A DNA stretch of 64,000 nt, taken from NCBI RefSeq assembly GCF_036321535.1, contig NC_087436.1, positions 8,742,001 to 8,806,000 of the forward strand, written 5' to 3'. Positions 52,622 to 64,000 of this stretch are shown here, piece by piece. The notes beneath the pieces are model-generated. The model was not told the origin of the DNA, did not search any database, and saw nothing but the letters and a program-made list of their open reading frames with translations. The number at the start of each line of letters is the position of its first letter. Position 1 is the first letter of the stretch. Position numbers and translations under genes: made by a program. This DNA comes from Camelus dromedarius (lineage: Eukaryota).

Positions 52622-53415
52622 AGTCCACAAATGATAAATGCTGGAGAGGGGGTGGAGAAAAGGGAACCCTCCCACACAGTTGGTGGGAATGTAGTTTAGT
52701 GCAGCCACTGTGGAAAACAGTATGAAGATTCCTCCAAAGACTAAAAATAGACCTACCATATGATCCAGCAGTCTCACTCCTGGGCATATATCTAGAGGGA
52801 GCCTTAATTCAAAGACACCTGCACCCCAGTGTCCATAGCAGCACTGTTTACAATAGTCAAGACATGGAAAAAACCTAAATGTCCATCAACAGATGACTGG
52901 ATAAAGAAGCAGTGGTATATGTATACAATGGAATAGTACTCAGTCATAAAAAAAGATAAAATGGTGTCATTTGCAGCAACATGAGTGAACTTGGAGTTTG
53001 TTATTTTAAGTGAAGTAGTCAGAAAGAGAAACAAAATTACCACATGATACCACTTATATGTGAAATCTAAAAAAATAAAAGACAAATGAACTTATTTACA
53101 AAACAGAAACAGACTCACAGACAGAAAACAAGCTTATGGCTACCAGCTGGGGAGGGAGGTGGGAAGGGATAAATTGAGAGTTCGAGATTTGCAGATACTG
53201 ACTAACATATATAAAATAAACAAGTTCATACTGTATAGCACAGAGAACTATATTCAATATCTTGTGGTAACATTTGGTGAAAAAGAATATGAAAATGAAT
53301 ATATGTATGTTTATGTATGACTGAACATTATGCTATACACCAGAAACTGACACAATATTGGAAACTGACTATACTCCAATAAAAATTTTAAAAAATTAAA
53401 AAAAAAAACAAAAAA
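52622..53415 (+). mobile_element. 5'-truncated L1 (ORF2 C-terminus plus 3'UTR)
   Basis: Highly similar to 26406-27270, with aataaa and a long A-tail. Confidence 0.92.
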
Positions 53416-55229
53416 ACTTCAGCACAGAAGATATCTAGGGTCCTGTCCCAAATTCAGATGCAAAGAAAAAATCGTAGATATTGTCATCCTTGTAACATGT
53501 CTATATCTTTTCTCTATTACTTTTTTTTAACCTGTGTCTACTTCAGAAAACTGTAGACACCTCCAAGCTTCAGCTTATATGAAATGAATTATGTATAATT
53601 AATCCTCCGCACTGTATCTCTTCTTTTACTTCATATTTACCTAAAATAAGGTTTTTGCTAGATAGTTGACTTTTGCACTTAATATTTCCTGAAATAACAT
53701 TGCTCTTTAACAGATTATTTCCCATGCTTAATGCGTAGTTGCATTTCAATACTCTAAAAACATTAATCAAAAAACAATCAAAATAAGAAACCCATAGAAA
53801 TTTGGACAAGGGTGAGTCCTGAGACAGAGGGAAACTGTTCTCTTGTTGGATGCCCTCTTAAAGCTCCTTCATACCACGTGTATCATTCAGAGCCCAGCGT
53901 TTTCCAGTCTTCATTTATAACTATATAAAGTCACGACAGAAATTATTTTTAAATTTTTTCAAACCAAAAATACCATTCCTTTATGTTATGCTTTCTTTAT
54001 GTGGCCATAACTTTTTTGTCTAAGTTTTTTCCCCATTTCTAATGATTATGTATTTTTTTAGTAATTGGGGAAAGAGAGATGAATTGTATAAAGAAAGAAA
54101 GAACAGTTTATCTTATTTGTCCAGCAGGCACAAGTATGGTGCCGACTGAAGGCCTCTTCTCTGACCTCATCAAGATGGAGGTTGGGTGCATGTAGCAATA
54201 AACTACAAGTCTAGAGCTACAGTTGCTTTCTAGAAATCAAGGTTGCCCTCACTTCTTCTTTCCTTTAGCTTCATGTTATAGAGGCTCTTTTTCATGCAAG
54301 CATGGAAGAGAAGTCTGGGGTTCCTTCTACAACTCAGTACTCATTTGTAAGTTCAAAGAACATTGGACCCAATGGCATTCATCCACTCATAGGGTGGATA
54401 CCTCAGCCTAGAAGAGTCAAGTAAGAAGACAAAGGGTGATAACCCTTACCCAATATACCTCTTATAGAACAGAAGTATCCTGCAGAGAGAAACGGGCTGC
54501 TATCTCACCAGCAGGTCCAGAGCAGTGGTGTGGAAATTGTGCCCTTGGGGAGAGGCAGGCCATAAGGGAAAGAGCTCTTCATAGCCCTCCCGAAGGGGAC
54601 TAACATCCTTCGGAACATCCTTCATAGCCCTCCCTAAGGGAGTGGCTGAAAACAGTGTTTTTTTGTGGTGAGTAGTTAAAATGAGGCTGCCAGTTCATAA
54701 TAACAACACATGAAATTGTAGACAAGCTAGACATCTAACAGAGAGAACGGGAAAAGAAATGATGACACAGAGCCGTTGGAGCAAGCCACAAAGAATCCAT
54801 CAAAATTACTCTTGCAAAATTATGCAAATTTAATCGGATCAGACTGTGGGGCAATTATTGCTCCAAGGTGTTATCAAACAATAGAACGATCAGCTCACTA
54901 ATCAGTTAGTGGAAAATAAAAACGGGATGCAGACCAGGTAGAAGCTGACCAAGGAGGTAAGGAGAAGAGACAAAGAGAGCCTAACCATAGCTGCTGACAT
55001 GCTGGGTGGTGGGGTCCAGGGTGAACATGTGATGCCCAAGATAAGCTTTGTAGCCGCAATCTCAGAGGCAGAACTTTTTTTTTTTATTCCAAAGAAAGTA
55101 GGTGTCATTGAAATATTATGGCCAAATTGCTAAACAAATAAGAAGCAAAAAAGCAAGTAGCAACAAGCTCTAGAGTGGTGGGATCAGTATTCAGAATCAC
55201 TGCAATCTTTTGTCCAAAATGAGCAGTTT

Positions 55230-55905
55230 TTGTCCCAACTCATTTATAAAATCAACCTTTTCCTAATATCAAAATTAGATAAAAACAACACAAAAAAGAA
55301 AATTACACAGCAGTATCGTTTATGAATACAGATGCAAAAATTCTCTACAAAATACAAACAAACCCCAAACAGCAGTATTTAAAGAGGACTCTCTACTATG
55401 ACCAAGTGGGATTTATCTTATGAATCTAATATTGGATTGACATCTGAAAAACCACATCAATAGAATCAAGAACAAAAGTATATGGTAATTTGAATAGATG
55501 CAGAAAGAGTATTTGACATAACCCGAAAATCTTTGTGATAAAAATACTCAATTTCTAGAAGTAGAAGGGAGATTCCTAAACTTGATAAAATGCTATCTGT
55601 GAAAATCCCACTGTGAACAGCATGCTTGATTTGAAAAATTTAAGGGCTTCCTCCTAAGATCAGGAAAAAGAAACAATGGTTTTCAATTCTTCTGTTTGAT
55701 ATTATAGAGAAGGTTGAGGTGGATGTGGAGTGACTACCAATGGATGAGGGGTTTCCTTCGTGGATTTTATAAATGTTCTAAAATTGATTGTGGTGTTGGT
55801 TGCACAGCTCTGTGAATACCCTGAAAAAACACTGAGTTGTACACTCGAAATGGGTATGAATTGTAGGTATATGAATTATATCTCAATAAAAGTGTTTTTA
55901 AAAAG
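55230..55905 (+). mobile_element. Old L1 (RT fragment joined to an L1MB-like 3' end)
   Basis: atgaatacagatgcaaaaattc...atgaccaagtgggatttat, then aatgttctaaaattgattgtggtg...gaattatatctcaataaa. Confidence 0.75.
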
Positions 55906-55991
55906 CAATAAATATGGGGCCAAGATCTGATGTTATGTAAAAAAAAAAATAAGTGCTCTTAAATATTCTTAAATTCATTTGACCATTAAGT

Positions 55992-56432
55992 TATCCATTG
56001 GGAAAAAAATGTACAACCTAAAAGTTAAGAATTCTGTTTTATTCGGTGGACAAAACTGAGAACTTAAACGTGGAAGACAGCATCTCAGATAGCTTTGAGG
56101 GACTGCTCTAAAGAGGTAAAGGAGGAGCTAGGATGTGTAAGAGTTTTGCAACAAAAACCAGGTAGTTGGAACATCCAAAGATTACTGTTAATTAAAGAAA
56201 ACCAAACATCTCAAGTGAATGAATGTAACTTTTCTATGTATGGGAGGAAGCAAGATTCTGGGCTCGCTGAAATCATTCCTTTGATATGCAGCTTAAAATA
56301 GGGCCAGCATCCTGTTTTCTCCATCCTGAATCTCCTCAGGGTGCACATTTGGGAGTGGCTGTAGTGGCTCATGGCTTGAGGACTGCAGCATCCTTTGTTT
56401 ACTGATATGACTGGCAACATTTTTCATCTATA
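55992..56432 (-). mobile_element. ERV1 solo LTR (MER41-like, cetartiodactyl)
   Basis: gttttattcggtggacaaaactgag...ctcagatagctttgagggactgctc resembles the recalled reverse MER41_BT-type LTR. Minus-strand AATAAA at about 56038-56043. Near-TSD aagt/aggt. Confidence 0.7.
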
Positions 56433-56455
56433 AGGTTAACCTTCCCAGTAGTGAC

Positions 56456-56963
56456 TGTAATAAAGAAGAACAAATCTGACTCCATAGTAGATCTGTTTCT
56501 TTGCCTCTAACCCTGTGCTCTGTTTCCTGGGCTCAGTCATGTTGGTCCTTCACCTTTTGTAAAAGAATGTTGCCTAGAGCCTGAAATAGACAGGAGAGCC
56601 CATCCTCAAGGCTCTGACCTTTAAGGGTGTAACACTTTCCCATTCATATAGAGATAAAAAGTTGCAGAACAGAGAATAACATTTGTCTTACTGGAGGTTT
56701 GCAGGGACACCATGACCTGACCTAGGTGGACAGCTGCAAGAACAAAGGATTTTGACACAAGAAGTTTGCAACCATCAACCACGTCCCCTTTCCTTTTACT
56801 ATAAAAGGAGCTTGAATTCTGATGGGGGAAGATGGTTCTCCATGACATTAGTCTGCTATCTGCTGGCTTTCCAAATAAAATCATTATTTCTTGCTCCAAC
56901 ACTTTGTTTCCTGATTTACTGGACTGTCATGTGGCCAGCAGAACGAGTCTGGACTTGGAAACA
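56456..56963 (+). mobile_element. ERV1-type solo LTR
   Basis: TGTAAT...AACA termini, TATAAAA at 56800-56806 and AATAAA at 56874-56879. Confidence 0.8.
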
Positions 56964-57146
56964 ACTCTCCAAGTGCCATCACAGACTTCACAAAGACAAC
57001 AAAAACCTTACCACAGAATTAAATCAAGACCTAGGGGAAGACACTAGCTTTCTCATTGGTAGCCTGAGATGAGAACACTTGGGAAACATGGTCATTTGCA
57101 AATCATACACAGTTGCCATGTTCAAATGAGCAGGTGCTCAGTAGTA

Positions 57147-57194
57147 GAGTGCACAGTTAATTCATCCAGGGAGTGCACAGTTAATTCATCCAGG
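57147..57194. repeat. Perfect 24-bp tandem duplication
   Basis: gagtgcacagttaattcatccagg occurs twice in tandem. Confidence 0.95.
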
Positions 57195-58434
57195 GAATAA
57201 GTCTGAACTGGCCCTGAACAACTCTTTGACTTAATGAAGGACCTCTTTTCTTGTCAATTGACTGTCAATAAGAAATAACTGCACAGTCGAGAAGTAATAA
57301 TAATAATGTGAGAGAAAAAAAAATAGCACCAAAATGTCTTTTCCCTACATGCATGCTATTATAGTTCTGCCTGAGAATGTGGAATTGACAGGTGAGGTGT
57401 GGACGCTTCAAAGAGAGTTTCTCAGACCATGTACAATAGCAGCACTTAAGTCAAATGGGATCTTCTGGCTAAGGACTTTAAGGAAAAGTCAAGTAATACA
57501 ATGTCAAATGTGTTTCTTTGCTCTGTGACATTCCTTTGAAAAGCTAATATTCACCGTAACTTTCAATATTTTCTTTCAGAGTAGACCCTTCGATTATATT
57601 AGAGAACATCTGATTAATTATATCAGAGTGTAAAAATAATGCCTGCCTTATAAAAAGAATGAAAAAATGATTGTCACCTGAAATCCCCACAAAAGCAGTG
57701 ACAAACTTACTTGATTATCCATTTAAAATTGCAACACACACACACACTTCCCGACATGTACCTCCACAGAAGTTTAAAGTTTTCCATAAATTAGATTATT
57801 CTCTCCACAGTGTTTTGCAAGTTACTTTTTCTTATGTTAATTAAAAATAGGCACACTTTCATGTAAATACCTTCTCATTTTTGATAGCCTTTGGGGTGTT
57901 TTTGGTGTATTTTATTCAACTAGCTCTATTGATAGGATTTGGACTGCTTTACATTTTCTCTAATTAGACTTGGAATTGTTTATTAAAAGGTATGCACTTT
58001 ACCTTTTCAATGTTGAATGCCAGATTCCTCCCCAGAAGTATATAATTTTCTACTATCAGGGGATACCTTTTATTCATAACCTTCTGGAAATTTTGTTGCT
58101 GTTTTTTCAAACTATTCTATTTGTAAATGTTTCAAACAATCTCACCATTTCAAATTTTCTTTCTCTATTTACTAGTGAGCTGAAAAGCGGTTCCTCTTGG
58201 TTGGTTACTTGCATTCCTACTTTGTAAAAATCGCCTCTATTCCCAAAACATTCTTTGGGAAAAGCTGTTTCAGGAGAGTCCCATCGAAAGGGACAGCTCA
58301 TTAAAGTGTGTGAAATGGTCTGAGGTCACCTCACAATACACTTTCTCAGACAAAGAGAATGTAAATGAAAACCTGAAATTCTCGTTCGGTTTTCTCAGCA
58401 CCAGAATGCACATAAGTGCATTATGTCCTCAGTC

Positions 58435-58437
<3 letters not shown>

Positions 58438-58486
<49 letters not shown>
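58438..58486. repeat. (TG)24 microsatellite
   Basis: Uninterrupted TG run. Confidence 0.97.
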
Positions 58487-58488
<2 letters not shown>

Positions 58489-59379
58489 CTTTTCAGCAAA
58501 AAGCGAACTCCATCTTACTTACTTAACGTCTAGGCATAAAACGGTTCATAAACAATAGACACAATGAGGGCTATTGTGAGGAATAAGAACGGAAAAGAAA
58601 AAAAAAAGGAATTCAAATCCCCTAATCCTTTAACAAATCTCCTAATCCACTCCTGTAATGAGCGCCCGCCCTGCTAGCAGGATTTGCTGTGCCACCAAGC
58701 CTTGCGTCCTGCCCTCAATCTGACTCTGTCACCTGCTTAGTTTTCTGGTTATTTCAGTGTCACCTTTCCCTACTAGCCTGTCTCTTCTAGAAACAAGGAC
58801 ACAGAAAAATATCAGCTCTAATTAAAAATGTTTGTACTTTCTGCCCAGGGAGAAATGAAGTTTGATTTGCACTTTGCTGATTATGGAGGCAAACAGGTAC
58901 CACTTCATTTTAGTAGATGAGTTGGGACATATTTTTCTGGCAAAAAAAAAAAAAAAAGACCTGAGGTAATTTTTTTGATCCAATAGGTAGTAGATATGAC
59001 AGGTCATTTCAATGTTAATTTCAAAATATCTCTTTCATTCTGAGTTTGAAGCCAGTTTAATAATGAGTAAATGTAATGGTTTTACTAGTTTTAAAGCAAC
59101 ACTTTTTTAGTAAAACATACTAGGTAAAACATTTAAACAACTAATAATTTTGTTTATTTAAAATAATTAATGTAGCACTATTAGGAATGCAGCCAGAATT
59201 GCTGCAATGAGAAATACCGATTTTAAAGAGTAGGATGGTGGGGGGGGGGAGGGAAAAAATTGCAGAGAATCTACTACCACTTGTGAGGCATTTAACATAC
59301 AGGTAGGTTTTCCCCTCCATTGGAAAATGGAAACCAAAGTGCAGAAAGGGCATTAGGATGAACTATGAGAAACTGATGA

Positions 59380-60270
59380 TGTATATGGCTAGTCCACATC
59401 CTTTTGTCTAATGCCCAAGTGTTTGATACCAGCCGATCCTTCTCACCTTACTGAAACAGTCTCCTCATTTGACTCCCACTCTGTAGTTTAGGGTTTTACG
59501 TTTCCAACTTCACTGGTTACTTGTTCACATCTTTTTTACTGGAGGTATCATCTTCCTGACTTTTAGAGAACAGGGTGCATTTCCACTCTCAACTCACAAT
59601 ATTTCTGCTAACTCCTCACTCTTCATTAACTCCTGCTACAAAGTACCCCCTATAAGTTCCTGCTGTCCAATTTGTACTTCCAATGCCGATCTCTCTTCTA
59701 AGTGCCAATTTAACGTCTCCACTTGGATGTCTGTAGATCCCAAACATAAGATACACCAAGTTCATTCCTTCCACCGTCTTCCCCTATCTAGGGGAAGACA
59801 ACTCCATTTGTCCAAGTGTTCAGAGTAAAATTCTAAGAGTCCATCCTTAATTTTCTTTTCTCACTCACTCTGTGTCTCATCAAAAGATACATTCTAACTC
59901 TGAAATATATACCTGAATAATCTCTAGCCTGGATCAGAGCCAGAACTACCGTCCAGTCTATCACTTCCAATCTTGCTCTCCCTTGTTCCATAGAACATTT
60001 CCTATGCAGCCATCAGACAAATGCCACTAAAAAGTAAACCATTGGCTTCTTTTCACACTCAGAATCAAGCCCAAAATTCTTATCAGGTTTCTACGTAGCA
60101 GAACAAGAATGTTAATCTCTTAATTACTCTGTCCCGTTCTCACCCCCTCCCGAGAGACTGGAAGTTCTATGAAACTTTAGAGATTTTATTCACTCTTTTG
60201 TCTTCAGTGTTAAGTAGGAACCTGGCAAGAGATTGATATACAATCTTTGTTAACTGAATGAATGAAGGAA
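59380..60270 (+). mobile_element. L2 3' portion
   Basis: Pyrimidine-rich body (gtctccacttggatgtct; agactggaagttctatga) ending in the typical L2 tail actgaatgaatgaa. Confidence 0.75.
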
Positions 60271-63200
60271 TTAATTGCTTAAGTCTAGAGAAGAGATTAT
60301 TCTGATTACTCATGGCATTCAGGAGAGAAGTGGTTAGATAAAAATATCTGTTTAGTAGTTTCAATGTAGACTTCAAAATGGTTTGAAGTTTTTTATGGCT
60401 AGAATGGAGAAAAACTACTAGGTTAAAATTGCAAATATACATTTTTTAATCTGATATTAAAATTCACTTTTTTGGGGGACAGATTTTCCCTTGGTTTTGG
60501 AAAATTGCCTTTCGAAGATCTTTTAATGCTTGGTTAAGATACGACATATGCCTATATTTCACATTGAGAAGTTAAATGGCCTTTTTAACAGAAATTGGCA
60601 GATGTACACGTGTATGCAGATCATGTTTTCTTTAGAGACTTCATTCCCTAAACAAATATTTAGACTCTGCTGAGCACTTACACTGTGGAGTTCCTACAGC
60701 TGAGAGCATCAACAGGAGAGGTCGATCTCTTCCTGTTCGTTGTGAGAATGTTACTGACTTCGGGGCAGTAACTTATGTTGGCTAATGTGGAGCTTAGTGA
60801 GACATCAGTCTTTACCCACTCGAGCTTGTGTCCCGGCAGACAGCCCCTCAAAATAGACAGAACATCAGAAACACACCTCTTGTGTAACTGTGTAACTGAA
60901 TATATTTTTTCAGTATCTCCACCTCAAAGCCCCTGTAGGATCAAATAAAAACGATTGATCTCTTCAGACAACCGGGTTCTAAGATTCTTAGAATTGTGCA
61001 GAGGGGGTCCACTTAAGGGAAAGAATGCATTTCTTGTGATCAGCTATAAGTGGATTGGTAAACATGATTTTTATGTGTCATTCTTTTATCTTAATTTAAC
61101 ATGAAGTTTAAAAATGTGTTTTTATTGTAAACCACTATATTTATGTGATTTCACATTTTCTTAAATCATTTTTCCCATAAGAATGTAATTAGAAAAAAAA
61201 TACATTTATTATATTTCTGTATAGGTAAATATTTAATCAATTATATATTTGCATAGAGATATATTTATTTTCCCATTTAATAGGTTATATAGTTACTTAA
61301 ATTATTTTAAAAATAATATATTTGACTAATGTAATAAAAAGTATGTATTATAACAATTTGATCTGGGAAATATTCATTCCAAATGCTATAGAAGTTTATT
61401 ATGTGTTATGGCATGTAGCAGAAAAAAATGTACATTTATTAACTGATACTTGAAATCACTACACTTTGTGTCTTTGAAAATCAACTGGTATACCTCTATA
61501 ATAATTGTTCTACCTTATTTATAAATGATGATACACATTTTTGAAAATTCTGGCTGTTCTTTTAAAGTACTTTTCTTTAAATATAGCAGATCTGACTATT
61601 CCGTATATTCTGTCACTGAAAAGAGAAATTAAAAGTAATCTTTACCACATTTTCAGTCTATTATCAATGATATTTAAAGTCTTAGAGATATCTTTATATA
61701 CTAAGTAAGGAATTCATTTAGATTAATGTCTTTTACTAATCTATAAGCAGCATCTTGGGGCAATTTAACAGAATTATTATCATTTTTATGTTCCTCATTA
61801 AACTGTTTTATCTCAAAATTAGTATTTCCTATATTCCCCATCTCTAAATGATGGCACTTCAGGTGTAAATTATACAGCATGCATCTACAAATAAAAACAC
61901 ATTAAAGCATTAATTCTACAGCAATTATACTCCACCAAGTAAAGTTCTGAAGCAAGAGCCATATCCCAATACGCTTATTTTATTTCCACTGACGCAGATG
62001 TTTACTTGCTGTTGAAATTAGTTACTAAAATTTTTGCTTTAAGAAGAAAGAATAATTAAGTCAAAACTCTTTGAAATTCCTATGGAAGACACTAGAAACC
62101 CACTGGTTTGCATTTAGGAACCATTAATACCAACAAATCATATACACACTATCGTCTATAGTGACATGGAAAAAACTCTGAAACTTTAAATGGTTAAAAA
62201 CTAGGCTGTTTATGTTGAGTCAGGAAGTGGAGGTCCAAGCCCCACGTGCCAGGTTTTTCCTCCCTCCCTGTGAACCAGCTCTGAGCATTACCTTTACCGC
62301 AAAGTCCCTCAGAATCACATTTTGAAGACTATGACCTCAGGGACTAGAACTCAGATATATTTATTTTTCTAAATAAACTGAAAGAAAAAAAAAAACCACT
62401 ATCCCATGGGGACAAGCTTATCTTTGGAATAAAGCTACTTAATAGAAAATATTCAAATTTTCCTTTGGTAAAGATTATACAAAATACAGTGAATTTTTAA
62501 ACAGTTTGCAAAGAGATAGTCTAAAGGAGAATAATCAGGTATCAGTACACTGGTGAGCTAGAGGTCAAAGTAATTGAATTTGTAAAAAGGCACAAAGGAT
62601 ATCTGGCGAATTAAATTATAATTAGACTGTGATAACATCTTATACATAATATGGATGCAAATACAAATGAAAAAAAAATCCTTTGAGATGTTCTTTTTCT
62701 TTCATTTCTCTGGAATAAAATGCTGAGCGTCTACTGTCTTGCCTTAAGACATCATGTGGGTGTCTGGAATTCATTCCCAGAAATGTTAATATTACTTTAT
62801 TTTCATCCTCTCACTGATGTGAAAACACATCTGGGAAATTAAATGCAAATGCAAACACTTCCTTCGCAAAATGCTCTCCACCCTTGTAAACATCTCCTTT
62901 ATCTATTTGTTTTAATGATGAATCCTATTCAACATTTTGTCATTATTAATTAACGACACGGATTTCATTCAAAATGAAAAAGCCAGGTCATCTAAGTCTG
63001 TCTGGAATGTTGCTTTCCAGGCTCTTCTTGGCTATAAAATTATTGAAATTCAAATAATTGTCTCTCCTACTCTACAGATGAATCTCATTTGACGTTCAGC
63101 TCGCATTTCATAGATCTCCTTTTAGTTCACTTATTTTAGGTGATTTTCCTTACCGGTATTTCCAGTACCTTTAAATAGTCTGATGTATGTAAATTGCAGT

Positions 63201-64000
63201 GATGTATTTCCCTATAACGACACTGTTGCTCTATATACAGGCAGAGCTAACCCTGTGGCACTTAACTAGCTACATCCTCCATCTAGACAATTTCCATTTT
63301 AATCATTCTCCCAGCCTTTATTCACTTGGATATATTGAATTATATTCTTAGCCAAACTACTTTTTAAATGGCAGACTTCATAAGGCATGATTGATTAGCT
63401 TTTCAAGCTAAATACACTAAATGTCACGAGAAGGGAATCGTGGAGACCTGTTAATCCTTTTGGGTCACCGGAATGCCTCACAGGCTTCTGGGCCCTGGAT
63501 AGCTATTGTTAAAGCGTATCTTTATTAAAAATACTCAGAGCTATATATATCCTTTTATAAGTGTCACCCTTACATTTACAGAGAATCAGCTACATTGCTT
63601 TCTAGAGAATACAGATTACAAGAACAGAAATCTGTTAAGGCCAAGGCATCCAAAAGGCCAGCCAGAAAGTGCATTTCTGAAATAAAAATGCATCTTTAGA
63701 ATTAATGGGCACATTTAAGGCATATTTTCCCCTGCTGAAATGCTATTTGTAAAGAAATGAGAAAATTGAAAGATTTGTAGCTAGAAACATTTGATTAGCA
63801 GCCCTGTCTGTCCACCAAATATGTGAAGATAAAACTAAGCCAAACTTCGACTGATAAGCAATTTATTGGCAGAGGATAGATTATTCACTAGATATAAAAC
63901 TGATGGCGTTTGAGAGTGGACCATTTATCTTTTTTGTTTGTTTCTTTGTTTGTTTTAATAAAAGAGGCAATTGATTTCCTTCCCTCTCTCTGTCCTCCAA

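Noticed and set aside
58658..58682. CTCF-like GC-rich motif gcgcccgccctgctag
   Set aside because: Only a partial match to the core and unsupported without ChIP or PWM scoring.

Overview
AT-rich mammalian genomic DNA, very probably camelid, judged from a Vic-1-type tRNA-derived SINE and cetartiodactyl-type L1 3' ends. The whole window lies inside FSTL5 (minus strand). Only one 167-nt coding exon is present (18011-18177, start of the first Ig-like domain). The rest is intron containing L1 elements (mostly antisense to FSTL5), ERV/MaLR solo LTRs, MIR, L2 and hAT relics. Two things stand out. (1) An NXT1 retrocopy (38817-39435) has gained GC instead of decaying towards AT: about 72% GC and about 52 CpG in 480 bp, with nearly all replacements A/T->G/C, which suggests a GC-biased gene conversion hotspot. 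(2) A 318-bp insertion (23389-23706) with a perfect 17-bp TSD consists only of an L1 5' terminus fused to an L1 3' terminus, at a junction compatible with GT-AG splicing. Repeat family names come from recalled consensus sequences, not database searches. Repeat boundaries without TSDs are approximate.
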